This document shows, piece by piece, positions 1-11,000 of a DNA stretch of 64,000 bases (positions are counted from its first letter, which is position 1; every line of letters begins with the position of its first letter). The notes under the pieces are model-generated. The model was not told the DNA's origin. It worked only from the letters and a program-made list of their open reading frames with translations, and ran no database searches. The DNA lies in assembly GCA_020891255.1 (NCBI GenBank), contig BQFW01000013.1:2046001-2110000 (forward strand), given 5' to 3'. A program made the position numbers and the translations under genes. The stretch is from Entomortierella parvispora E1425 (taxonomy: Eukaryota > Fungi > Mortierellomycota).

Positions 1-263
1 TGTGTGCTGCCCCGATGCGCCAGGAGAAAAAATCCTCACATCAACAAAAACAAAAACAAAAACAACAGCAACAACAACCAACCCTTCCCAAAAAGGTGAT
101 TCAAGTAATATGCCCTCCACCAAAGCTCTGCACAGACAATGCAGTAATGATTGCTTGGACAGGAATCGAGCGCTTCCAGCTGGGGCTCGTTGATCCATAC
201 GACATTGACATTGTCCCCAAATGGCCTCTAGATATGCTTGGCACAGGTGTTGTCCCTGAATAA
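1..263 (+). CDS. QRI7: 3' end of mitochondrial tRNA t6A synthase (Qri7/OSGEPL1, TsaD/Kae1 family); gene starts upstream of the window
   Basis: C-terminal motif [25 protein letters not shown]...PKWPL matches the OSGEPL1/Qri7 C-terminus; stop at 261-263. The exon start (around 95) is not fixed. Confidence 0.85.
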   Translation, partial: CAAPMRQEKKSSHQQKQKQKQQQQQPTLPKKVIQVICPPPKLCTDNAVMIAWTGIERFQLGLVDPYDIDIVPKWPLDMLGTGVVPE

Positions 264-277
264 ATGTACATGTACTA

Positions 278-1717
278 TTAGACTGAAATTTCATTGGTGA
301 TGCAGTTCATCTCATCCTCAAAGCAGCAGACCACAGCCCTTGTTGCCTGTTGGATCGCCTCGCGTTTCTCGACCTCAACGTTATGACAATGCAGCTCCAT
401 CAGGTTCAGGCACGAGTGCTTTAAAAAGGGTATCACCAAACTCTCTTCACATCCTTGTAGCTTTCCCAAGAATCGAAGGGTATGAAGTGAGCTATACATA
501 GGCCACAAGACGCTCCCTGAGCCGTCCGGTCCCTCTTCGAGAGTTAACATTCGGATCTTATCTGGGTGATTGGGGTCATGTGCATGCCATTCACCATGCG
601 ACCAATAGCCTTCAGTGTACTTTTCTTCATCAATGGACCACCCAACCTCCAAGAGTCGCAAGGAAGATGAGCCTTGCGGTCTACCATTTTGACTTTGGCC
701 GGTGCGAGGCAGGTTCAAGAGGAGCGCTTGCATTAGTCCACCCGACACCTCTGGTCCCCGTTTTAGTCTCAGTTCCTGAAGTCCAACCTGTTCGCTCAGG
801 ACACGAAAGAGAAGTGCTGCCATCGTCTGGGATCGTATCGGGAAATTTTCGAGTGTCAGTGACCTGAGTCCTTGATTCCTCGCAACATAGAGGAGTACGA
901 GCTCAGCCTCTTGGATACTCCAGCCAAGACTCAGCCTCGAAGAGATCTCTATGTGAAGAGATGTCATATTGGGACACAGCTCCGCCGTGCCTCCGTAACG
1001 TCGAGAGTCCTTTTGTCCTAGAAGTGCAATGGGGACAGGTGACTTGGCCATTGTGGTCACAGGGGCGGTGCTGAATGAGGTATCGGGGTTCTCGTCTTTA
1101 GGCGCTTTTCGTTTCCATGGACGGGATCGTAAGACAGAAGAGACCTTCATTTTGGCAGAGTCTTTCCAATTGATGCGAGGAGAAGTCGGGTCGTCCGATG
1201 GCAGAGGGGCTTCCAGAGGGGTGTCCGGCGTGACTCCACGGACCTGTTCCACCACCTTTCCCTTGAAAAAGAAGCCCGTCCTTCCGGAACTTGCTATAAA
1301 GCTCAAATGGCGGACATGGTGCCCATAGAGAGCTATCGCTTCGCGAAAGCTCATGATTGGGTACCCTCCATACTCCAGAGCCTTTTCGGCGGTCATAAAA
1401 CCAAGCTCCAGTCTTTGCCATAGCCCAGGAATAAAGAGCTCATGGAAGGCGTGTGAAACAAGGCAACAGCGCCGGATTGAAGTCTTGGACAAAAAGTTCC
1501 GCACGGCTACAAGGATGTGTGGGATGTCCAGGATGCTAAAAATAGTTATACCGGTTACTTCTGAAGTTGGATTATCCAAGAGAGCTGGAGCTGCACACTC
1601 GACAGAGGGATGCAGGAGATGCTTCTCGATGGAATCCGATGCAAATGTATTTTGGCCTGACATGACTGAATTGGTTTGGGGGAGGAATGGGAGGAATGGA
1701 TGAATTGGAAAGAACAA
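278..1717 (-). CDS. F-box / RNI-like LRR protein
   Basis: 479-aa ORF with an F-box-like segment (ILDIPHILVAVRNFLSKTSIRRCCLVSHAFHELFIPGLW) followed by L-rich repeats (LRSLTLENF, LQELRL, LRLLEV, LHTLRF). The true start is probably the later Met (MSGQNT). Confidence 0.65.
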   Translation of the reverse strand: MFFPIHPFLPFLPQTNSVMSGQNTFASDSIEKHLLHPSVECAAPALLDNPTSEVTGITIFSILDIPHILVAVRNFLSKTSIRRCCLVSHAFHELFIPGLWQRLELGFMTAEKALEYGGYPIMSFREAIALYGHHVRHLSFIASSGRTGFFFKGKVVEQVRGVTPDTPLEAPLPSDDPTSPRINWKDSAKMKVSSVLRSRPWKRKAPKDENPDTSFSTAPVTTMAKSPVPIALLGQKDSRRYGGTAELCPNMTSLHIEISSRLSLGWSIQEAELVLLYVARNQGLRSLTLENFPIRSQTMAALLFRVLSEQVGLQELRLKRGPEVSGGLMQALLLNLPRTGQSQNGRPQGSSSLRLLEVGWSIDEEKYTEGYWSHGEWHAHDPNHPDKIRMLTLEEGPDGSGSVLWPMYSSLHTLRFLGKLQGCEESLVIPFLKHSCLNLMELHCHNVEVEKREAIQQATRAVVCCFEDEMNCITNEISV

Positions 1718-2399
1718 AAGACGTTGGAGCTGGGCGGTGCAGGAACGCGTTCAGCCCATGTCCACAGGGACGGAGAAAAAATCATGTTGAATTTCTATTG
1801 GCCCAATTCCTTTTTCACACTGCCACGTTCTGGCGCGATTTTGCAGACAGCAAGGGCTCGACTATGTGCATGGAGCGCGAGTACTATGTCTGCGCCTCAA
1901 TTATTAAAAGCATCGGCGACCCAAGTGCAGCCAGTCAGCCAGTCAGCCAGTCAATAATCAGTCGTTTTTTATCCAACGGCAATTGTCAGCAGCGACCAGA
2001 GCAACGGCCGTAATTGAAGACCCCTCTGCAAGCCTGCCGAGTGTAGCACCAGTACTCGATTTTGTTGCAACCTGCAGTGGTGTTGTTGACGGGGGTTTTC
2101 TTGCACGGTTTGAAATAACGTCTGCACATATCACACGGCTCCAGAGGCGAGTCTTTCCCATGATCCCACACCTCGGACGCGCTTCTCAACAAAAACTACT
2201 GTTTCCTTCATGTATTATTGTGCGTTTCAATAATTTTCCTTTTTTTTTTATTAAATTAAACTTCGATTAGCACTAAACCCATTTTTTTGTTGGGACTAAA
2301 ATATTCTTTAATCCCAGGAAACAAGCCACAAAACTAATTATTTCTCTGGCGCCTCATGCACTTTTTTTTTTGTCTTCCATTCTTGACCATTCTTCTCAC

Positions 2400-3967
2400 A
2401 TGGCACGCTCAACCCGTTCACATCCATTACCATTGCTTCAGACCACATTACCAGTAAGGAAGAGACAAAGGACCTCTTCTGCCCCTGGTACTGTAGGAGC
2501 TGCCCCTACTGTCACTACCGCCCCTACTGTCACTACCGCCCCTACTGCCAGTGCTTCCGTTGCCTCTACTTCCTCTCTCGCAGCCCCTGGCCCAGCTACC
2601 TCTTCTGTTTCCACTGTCACTACAATTCATCCTTCTACAGCAGATGACCGTCCTCTTGCAACTGAGGTGAACGATGCTAATATTGATGCTTCCAGCTTGG
2701 GGCCTCCCATACCTTCCTCTCGACTTGACAAAGGGAAAAGCAGGGCACTACCTGAACCTGAGCGTATCTCTCCGCCGACTTATCTCGAGTCAGGTAAATA
2801 GGACTTTACTATAGTCGTCGTTGTTCTTGCGATTTCTCTAAAGCTCCACACTCCATCATAGTACCAGCGCCAGATATCGGATCATCATCAAGAGCAGGTT
2901 TCAATCCGAATGCAGCCCTAGAACCCAGTTTTGAAGATAGTATTGACCTTCGGGAAACAGAGGAGGCAGAGCTGGATATATTCGGAAACCCATTGTTTCC
3001 TGCACCTTCACAGCGATCAGCCACATCACCTTCACAGCGATCAGCTACATCACCTTCACAGCGATCAGCCACACCTGTTGTACCAGGGGCACCCGTGGTA
3101 CCAGATCGGATCACCATCGTCCTCCACTATCGCATTGGTGCCCCTCTTCAGCAGACGCGCCCGCGGAAAAATCTACCTGGGCCATCGCCCATCCTCTATT
3201 CTTGGGGCGAAGATAACTACGATGTCCTTTGCTCGAAGATTCGGCGAAAAGTAGAGGATATTCCACATGCTGCGAATGTGGAATGGAAACGAGGATCCCA
3301 TCCGTATCTGCAGCCCCACAACACGGCGACAGCAAATCACTATGTCAAAATGGACAACAATAATTGTAACGCCTCTTTGCGGAAAGCGTGGCAAAAAGAG
3401 TTCCGCAGGACAAGTAATCAAGACCTTATCTGCAGTGTCTATGTCTACCTGCAGGAAAAGCAAGTAGTTCCAACAGGAGCTACAGGAGCTACAGGACCAG
3501 CTGTGGCTGCTGTACCTCCAGGACAGCAGTTTCGAAGAGCAACACAGAATCGTATTATGACACAAACCGCCATCATTCAACAGCAGCCGGATTTGCAACA
3601 TTTGGGGCCCATTGAGACAGCTCATCTTGCTCGAACTACAGCCCGTCTAGCACCCTCCAATGCACCTATCACCGTCCCTTCGACAAACACATTCAGACAA
3701 ATGAGACACCTTGATCAACAAGGGGCTTCTCTTCGTCAGCGCCAAGAACAAGCAGCTGAGGTGGAACAGCAAGTATGGAGGACGGTGTCAATTCGAGTGG
3801 CAGGGCTGGTTTGGCAAATTGAGATAAGTGCCAAGGAATTTCGTGATTCGATGGGACTACCTGATATGGACCTTAATGGGCTTGCAAATTTTCGGGAAGC
3901 CGAGATCAACGGACCACAGAATGACATGGAGGATGTTGACCATCCTGAAAGTGATGAAGACCAGTAG
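2400..3967 (+). CDS. Hypothetical protein convergent with the IS630/Tc1 transposase (possible element-borne second gene)
   Basis: ORFs 2370-2801 and 2993-3967 join in frame through a phase-1 GT-AG intron at 2794-2843. Low-complexity N-terminus and a globular-looking C-terminal half. Its stop lies 12 bp from the transposase stop. Confidence 0.55.
3008..3075 (+). repeat. 24-bp tandem repeat x3 encoding SQRSATSP
   Basis: Unit tcacagcgatcagc(c/t)acatcacct seen directly, third copy partial. Confidence 0.85.
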
Positions 3968-3979
3968 ACAAAATGATAT

Positions 3980-5046
3980 TTAATCCCTCAAGTTCAGCTG
4001 TCCTCTACGATATCCACATCTTTCCATGAGGCTCACAGGTAGAGTGTTTTCGGTGCACAGGGGCAGAGCTACATCAAGCACCAGCTGCGGTTCATAACGA
4101 AAAGCAAGATTGGCATAGTCTTTGACATAGCCTTTCAAAAGCGCGAATGCGTTTTCGATTGGATTGATATGAGGGGAATAAGGAGGGAGATAGAATAATA
4201 AAGCACCTCTGGATGCAATCGCCTCCTCAAGCTCCTTGTACATATGGATCCTGGCGTTATCCATGATTACAATGGAGTTGGGCATTGGGTACATGTTGAG
4301 GTGAGGTACAATTGTAGAGACAAAAGCGTCGTGGAAACGCTGTCTTGAAAATGTCCCTGCTGTATGCTTCCAGGCTAAAAATCCGGACTTGTTGTATGCA
4401 GCGATAGTTGAAGTTCGCTGCCCTCGCTGGAATGGAATATCGACAACTGCAGGTGTCCCCATTAGGGAATACGCGTACTCTCGCACTGCAGATCTCCCAT
4501 CCATGGCAGTCTCGTCAATAAAAACGAGCTGTTCTGGATAGAGGTAAAACGGAGACAACCTGAACAAGAAGTCCGTACGCTCTTGCGGAATGGCCTCGCG
4601 TGCACGCTTCTCCATTTTCTTCCTCGTTAACTTGAGATCATGTCTCAGGGCACGGCAGATGGTTGAAAGCGACGTGTTACTGAGTTGGGGGAAGTTTTCT
4701 CGCAAGTCTTCTTGTAGCTCTTTTAGGTAAAGACAAGGATGCTCAGAGACATACTGCTTCACATGGTCATTAACCTCCTTTGGCCAGCGAGGAGAGGGTG
4801 AATCTGAGGGATCTTTAGTATCCTCTACGTTTCCATGACTATTGAAGAATCCTAGAAAAGAAAATGGCACTATCAACAACACAGAAATAATGAAGGATTG
4901 GTTACCACAACAAAAGTTGATTTACTTGTCCACTTCTTGACACTGTCTCGGCTAACACCAAGAAACCAAATTATGGTTTCCATGGGGACACCACCATAAT
5001 TGAAAAGAATAACAGCTCTCCATCGTATATCTGCCGACTTTGTCAT
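3980..5046 (-). mobile_element. IS630/Tc1-mariner DD34E transposase
   Basis: Catalytic motifs LVFIDET, VIMDNARIH and LPPYSPHINPIE, with 34 residues between the second D and E. An upstream HTH exon (MTKSADIRWRAV...LGVSRDSVKKWT, ATG at 5046) ends at a GTAAAT donor. No TIRs identified. Confidence 0.9.
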
Positions 5047-5695
5047 TGTCAAAATAAGGAGTGAGGGGAAAGTGGTGTGAGTGGCAGAGCAGAGGCAAGG
5101 TGGTGAGAAAACAGATGGAAAGAAAATCCCCCGCTAATAGCCACCTCGTTCCAGATCACTCTGCCAAAAACATTGTCTTTTTACCGAAAAAAAAGAGTAG
5201 AAACGCAATGTTATTGTTCTGAAAGGCTCTAACTAGACCACTCTCGACAGCAATAGTGTCGTTGCTATAGATTGAACGAGGTGTATATAGGAATCAGTAG
5301 GAAAAAGAATATCAAATTTTACTGGGTTTAGGCACCGTCACTAAAACTAATCTGTGAAAACTAAAAATAAAACTGGAGTTGGTATTTTTCAGAGTCCGAG
5401 TAACTCGATTTTTATTAATTTTTTAAGATTTCCAGGTGCAAAGCACAATATATCTCCAATCAACCAACAAAACAAAAAAAAGCTTAAAATCATTATTGTG
5501 AGCCGACAACCAAATGGTCACAGCAGGCGAAGCGAGAGCTCAAGCTTGTGCACACATCTTGAAGGGCGCTTCTTTCTCACTGAGCCATTTTTTCCCCTGA
5601 TATTCTCTCTCTTCTCTCTCTTCTCTCTCTTTCTCTCTCTCTCTCCCTCCTTATCCACTTTTATCCCCCCTCTCGTCCATCTTTTACCATTAAAG

Positions 5696-7240
5696 ATGAC
5701 AACTTCGTCTGATACCCAGCTTTCCGCGCAGACAATGACGCAGGACAAGGCTGAAGTCCAAAAGAAGTTTTCTGTTGGCAGCACAAAACACAGCGGCACC
5801 GCGTCTTTGTTGTTAGCAACACCGCCAACCACACCCGGAGCAAACAATAAGCAGGGTGATACCACCAAGTTTGTTCTCGTGGGGGATGATGACAGCAAGT
5901 CCGATTCAGGAGAAAATGTCAAAACCAAGACCAAACCAGAGGTTCAGCTTCAAGAAAAAGTCCAGGTTCAAAATCAAGAACGAGTCGCATCGAATTCGAG
6001 GGAACCGTCGGCTATAGAGGAGGAAAAGGCATTGTCTGATTCCTTGTTGGTGATCGACAACAAGTTATCGCACGGTCAGTCAGCCCCCAGCCAAAGAGGT
6101 GATAACAGCGATACCGTGGAGCGCATCAGCCCTAGTTGTGATGGAGAGCCATCAACTACAGATGCAGTTTCTGAACTCCAGTCTGCGTTGAGAGGGTTAG
6201 ATATCGCCAACACGACTGCTGATGATTCCAAAGCAATCCTCGGGAATATGCAACACAAAGATGACACCACCAGTGCAATTGAGACCGCATTTCAAACTCA
6301 AAAACAGATCCAAGGTGACGGAGAATCAACAACCACGGATAAAGTTGCTGAACTCGAGTCTGCGTTGAAAGGGTTGGCGATAACCAAAACATCTGTTGCT
6401 CGACCTCAAAGCCGGAACCGTGCCAGAGAATCAAAAACTAAAGATAAAGTTTCTGAACTCGAGTCTGCGTTGAAAGGGTTAGAGATCACCAAGACATCTG
6501 TTGCTCGACCCCAAATCCAGGGCCATGACGGAGAATCAGTAGCTACCTTTGAACTTGAGTCTGCGTTGACGGAGTTGGAGATTACAAACACGTCTGTTGA
6601 CAATCCAGTTGCAATCCGTGCCAAAAAGCTGCCAGAAGATGTCAATGTCAATGAAACTGAGAAGGCAGTTTGCACTCGGCCCCAGAGCCAGCACCAAATC
6701 AAGGCCCAAGATCCATCAGCAAGCACGCGCCTTCAGGGTTCGTTGAGCCTCAGTCAGTCAACCAGCGATGCCATGGTGAATTTTGTCGGAGCGGACAGCC
6801 CTACCCTCCGTAGTCGACCAGCCACCCATGATCTCAGTTCAGCAGCCAACAAGCAGGAAGTCAGTACCAAAACTCTTCAAAAATCTGATGTCCGCCGTTC
6901 GCAACCCAAGGTCACAGCAAAAAAGGACGGTTCTGCTAATGTCACGGTCGTTAATAAGAGTCCAAAGGTTACTGAGGTGGTGAAGGAGACCATTTATTGC
7001 AACGTCATAGGCTGGACAACCGGACGTCCATGTCGGTGGCCAGCATCTAGCTGTCCTTATCATCAGGGCCAAGCGGTGGCTCTATGCAATGTCATCGGCT
7101 GGACAACCGGACGTCCTTGCAGGTGGCCGGCATCTAGTTGTCCTCATCATCAGAACAGGGCGACGGGCTACTGCAATGTCATCGGTAGAACAACAGGGCG
7201 TCCATGTAGGTTTCCAGCCTCCAGTTGTCCCCATCATTGA
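5696..7240 (+). CDS. Low-complexity protein with internal ELESALKGL repeats and three C-terminal CX10CX6CX2H putative zinc fingers
   Basis: Uninterrupted ORF, likely start MTTSSDTQ at 5696. About four DKV(A/S)ELESALKGL-type repeats, then three 87-bp units CNVIG(W/R)TTGRPCR(W/F)PASSCP(Y/H)H at 6998, 7085 and 7172. Confidence 0.7.
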   Translation: MTTSSDTQLSAQTMTQDKAEVQKKFSVGSTKHSGTASLLLATPPTTPGANNKQGDTTKFVLVGDDDSKSDSGENVKTKTKPEVQLQEKVQVQNQERVASNSREPSAIEEEKALSDSLLVIDNKLSHGQSAPSQRGDNSDTVERISPSCDGEPSTTDAVSELQSALRGLDIANTTADDSKAILGNMQHKDDTTSAIETAFQTQKQIQGDGESTTTDKVAELESALKGLAITKTSVARPQSRNRARESKTKDKVSELESALKGLEITKTSVARPQIQGHDGESVATFELESALTELEITNTSVDNPVAIRAKKLPEDVNVNETEKAVCTRPQSQHQIKAQDPSASTRLQGSLSLSQSTSDAMVNFVGADSPTLRSRPATHDLSSAANKQEVSTKTLQKSDVRRSQPKVTAKKDGSANVTVVNKSPKVTEVVKETIYCNVIGWTTGRPCRWPASSCPYHQGQAVALCNVIGWTTGRPCRWPASSCPHHQNRATGYCNVIGRTTGRPCRFPASSCPHH

Positions 7241-8044
7241 GAATAAGGGTATATATAGTCCCACTATAGCAATAATATAATCATATGATCGGCGGAGAGC
7301 GCCAGGATGTGCGATTCAAAGGGTTGCACCTCTGCCTTGCTTCTTGCCTCGATACCTTTTCCGACTTACTTCCACTTCTGCATTTTTCATTCATCATTAC
7401 AGTCATCACTCTCATCGGACTCCTCGGCTGTCCTTCTTTACCCTCTTCTATGTTCTGCGCTCTTGTCTTGTCACTTCTCTCCTCTCGCCCGCCATTGATT
7501 TATTTTGCGGCTATGAAAAAAAAGTCGAAGCGTATTGCAGAGAGTACCGAATCAAAAAATCAAAAGATGAAGATAGTTTTATGGAGGATTGGGAGCGGGG
7601 GACCGAGGACGAAGAATAAGAGACCTTGGAGGAGGATAAGTTGGGAGAGGATCTTGAACCAAGGGTTGAGAACGAGGGTAGTCCAGACACGGTGTCAGAT
7701 AAAGGAGACGGCATTGCATTAGTTTGTCTTCCAACGCATTTCACCATTCATCTCAAAATCATTTAATTCGCTAGTACACCTGGTCTGAGAAGTCATTGCA
7801 GGCCCGCAGTAAGTCTAGCTGTCAAGTTCTCGTGGTGTGTCACACCGTGTGTTAATGGCTGTATAACAAAAAGGGTACGGTACTTATACTCTGTATAGTA
7901 TCTCCCCTGGGCCCTCCTTCAACTCCGATTGAAATAGTTGGCGATAAGACCCATTGCTCGATCGTAAGTCAGAAACTATTCAATACATCCCGAGGTCGTC
8001 TTATTCATCCTCCTTCCATCTAATTGCTCTATAGGGATCTCACC

Positions 8045-11000
8045 ATGCCAAAGCCCGCCCAATCTTCAGCTGGGTCTGGAAACTCACAGTCCAAGGTGAC
8101 GGCGTCCCCTGGCACCAAACACAAGTGGAGCTCTCTATTCTCTTCTAAACGGCCATCCAAGCGCCAAAAAGGAGAGGAGGATCTGGCCAGCGGAGATCTT
8201 GTCTCCGCTGTGTCCAGTCTCGCTATTACCCCTAGCATCCCGTCAGCCATGCCATCACTGGTGTCGCAAGTTTTAAAACCCCCTGTGACTTTTGACTGTC
8301 ACGACATGTTTCCTGCAAACGTCTCCCGAAGCGAAAGTGAGATCTCGCTACCAAAGTTGGGAGATCGCATCAAGAACACCCCTCAACTCGTTCTTTGTGC
8401 CCGTCTTGCCAAAACTGCGCGCGCTGCATTGCCTCCACCGATATCTGCCTACCCTCCTGATCAGCTTAAGTGGATCGAGGACTTGGAAAGCCACCCTTTT
8501 GAAAAGGAGCACCTTTACCGACTCGTTACCAGAATGGTCGACGCTTTCATTCAGCATCCAAGCAAGGATTTCAACATCATCCGTGAGATTGTTCTTCTTG
8601 GGCCAACATTGGACAAGGAGCACTATCGCAAACTACTCAATTGTTTCTTGACTGGATTTGGGAACGACACTCTTTTGGACGTCAATTTACTTCGTGGACT
8701 CGTTCAATTGGTACAATGTGCCTCAGAAGGATATCTCATCGAAGAAGATCTTGTCATCATCATGAGTATCCTCAGAGTTCGCTTGCAGGATGCTCACCAA
8801 CGGCCATCTGAACATCTATACGACCTCGCCTTGGCATTGTCAAATATCTTGGATGTCATGGTGAGGCACGAGGTCAAGGATTTACAGCGTGTTGAACAGC
8901 ACGAGCCGCTGCAGAAGGTTTTGAGCGGCTTGCAAGGGAGCTCAGATCCTTTTCTGATGTACCAAGCATCTTACGCCTTCCAGGCGTTGCAGTTCATCCC
9001 AGACAATGAGACTGTTCTTCAAGCTGTGATGCGACATTCTGGAGTCATAGCTGATGGTCTTATCAACGTTTCGGGTATTGTAAACCTAGACCTCGGCGGA
9101 TTTCTCAAAGGCCTAGGACAAATTCAACAGACAACGGTTGCGACCATCGGTATCCTTAAGGCTGCTGCAGAAGGCGCACGATCTCTAATTGAAAGCGGGC
9201 AGAGTGCATTTCAGGCCATCCAAGGAGGGATAAACTCTCGCAACAAGAGAGCCTGGTACCCAGCCGTTGTCGGAGCCAGCGCAATGGTCCAAAAAGGAAA
9301 GCTGTACGACTTTAAGGTGGTCGTGACGAGCGCAGCTTGTCGTAAGAGCAACGAGTTCCAATGGGGGATCTGCCAAATACTTGGGGAGATCGCTCAGGAC
9401 CCTACATGGGGACCCGCCATTCGCCAACAAGCAGTTGATTTCCTTGTCGAGTTATACACCAATGATCCTGACTGGGGCGTTGATGTCAGTGTGAGAAACC
9501 GGATGTTGTCCATCCTCCGCGTAGTCTCGAATAGCAAGGATCAAAATATCAACATTTCAACATTTCCTTGATTTTTAAGAGACAATACCTCGACACCTCC
9601 ATAGGAGCCAAGGATATACCATACCCCCTAGGATTCCAAGTGCAGCTTCCAGATCATTGGCCTCTTTTAGATCAAGTTCAGGAAATACCGACTGTCGAGC
9701 GTGATATCAATCGACTGAGGGATCAGCGACTTGAGGACTATAGGCAAAGCGTGTATATTCCTCCTCTGGCCAAACCCAGCCTGCAGGCCTTGGACAAAGA
9801 CGCCCTTCCACTTATGGACATGGTCCAGGAATTTCTGAGGAGTGACCAACAGGTCTTCTTAGTTCTGGGCGACTCTGGAGCAGGAAAATCAACATTTAAT
9901 AGACATCTTGAGCGGGAGCTATGGAGTTCGTACAAACCGGGGGAGGCCATCCCTCTATTCATCAACCTGCCGGCCATTGACCGTCCGGACCAAGATTTGA
10001 TCAGAAAACAACTGCAGCTCTACAATTTTTCTGATATTCAGATCCAGGAACTGAAGCGGCACTACCGGATTATTTTGATATGTGATGGCTATGATGAAAC
10101 ACAGCTCAAGGTCAATCTTCACACAAGTAACCTGCTTAACCAGAAGGGACAGCCAGACACCAAGATGATTATAAGTTGCAGAAGTGGGTTTGTTGACCAG
10201 GATTATCGACATCAGTTTCAACCGCAACAGATTGATCGATACCGGGCCACCGAGACCAATCTTTACAAGGAGGCAGCCATCGCGCCATTCCTTGGTGACC
10301 AGATCCAGGACTACGTTCGTCAGTTCGTGCAAGATCCGGAAGTACACAAGCTAATGGGCGATAGGGCTGTCTGGAGCTCCGACGAATACATGGACAAACT
10401 GAGCTCAATACCAAATTTGATGGAACTAGTCAAAAATCCTTTTCTCCTTACTCTTGCACTCAGGGCGTTGCCCTCTGTAGTGGAAGGAGCATCGGATATC
10501 GCCAAGATCAGAATGACTCGACTTACACTCTACAACTCTTTTATCGATCAGTGGCTCGCAGTAAACCAAGATCGACTGACAAGCAGCCTTACAAACAGTA
10601 ACCCATCAAAAGACACCAAAGTTGCACTCCAGGAACTTCTAGCAGAGGGTTTTGCTGCAAGTGCTCTTGATTTTTTGAAGGACCTTGCAGCTACCATCTT
10701 TCATGAGCAGAACGGAAATCCAGTGGTGCAATATAGGCCAAGGCGTGACAAAAACACTTGGAAGGCCCGGTTTTTCAGTTTTGAGCCTGATGTCACTCTT
10801 CTCCGCGATTCCAGTCCGCTTTCCCGTGTAGGAGATCAGTATCGCTTCATCCATCGCTCATTGCTGGAATATTTTTATTGTCGACATATTCACGAGGCAG
10901 GCGATACAGACACGGAGGATACAGACATGGAGACTAACGGCTCGCAGGACCTCACCAACCATCCTTTAAGGGATAGAAATCTAGTCAGGGAGCCGTCTAT

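Noticed and set aside
1986-2192. Cys-rich short ORF starting SEVWDH...CDMC, reminiscent of a BED finger
   Set aside because: It lacks the distal His pair and has no adjoining hAT transposase sequence; too short to support.
2266-5345. Possible TIRs for the DD34E element (ctaaaccca at about 2272 and tgggtttag at about 5323)
   Set aside because: Only 9 bp match in AT-rich sequence and the flanks do not extend.
7285-7747. Several overlapping short ORFs
   Set aside because: Low-complexity (CT-rich then GA-rich) with no recognisable motif; probably UTR or intergenic.
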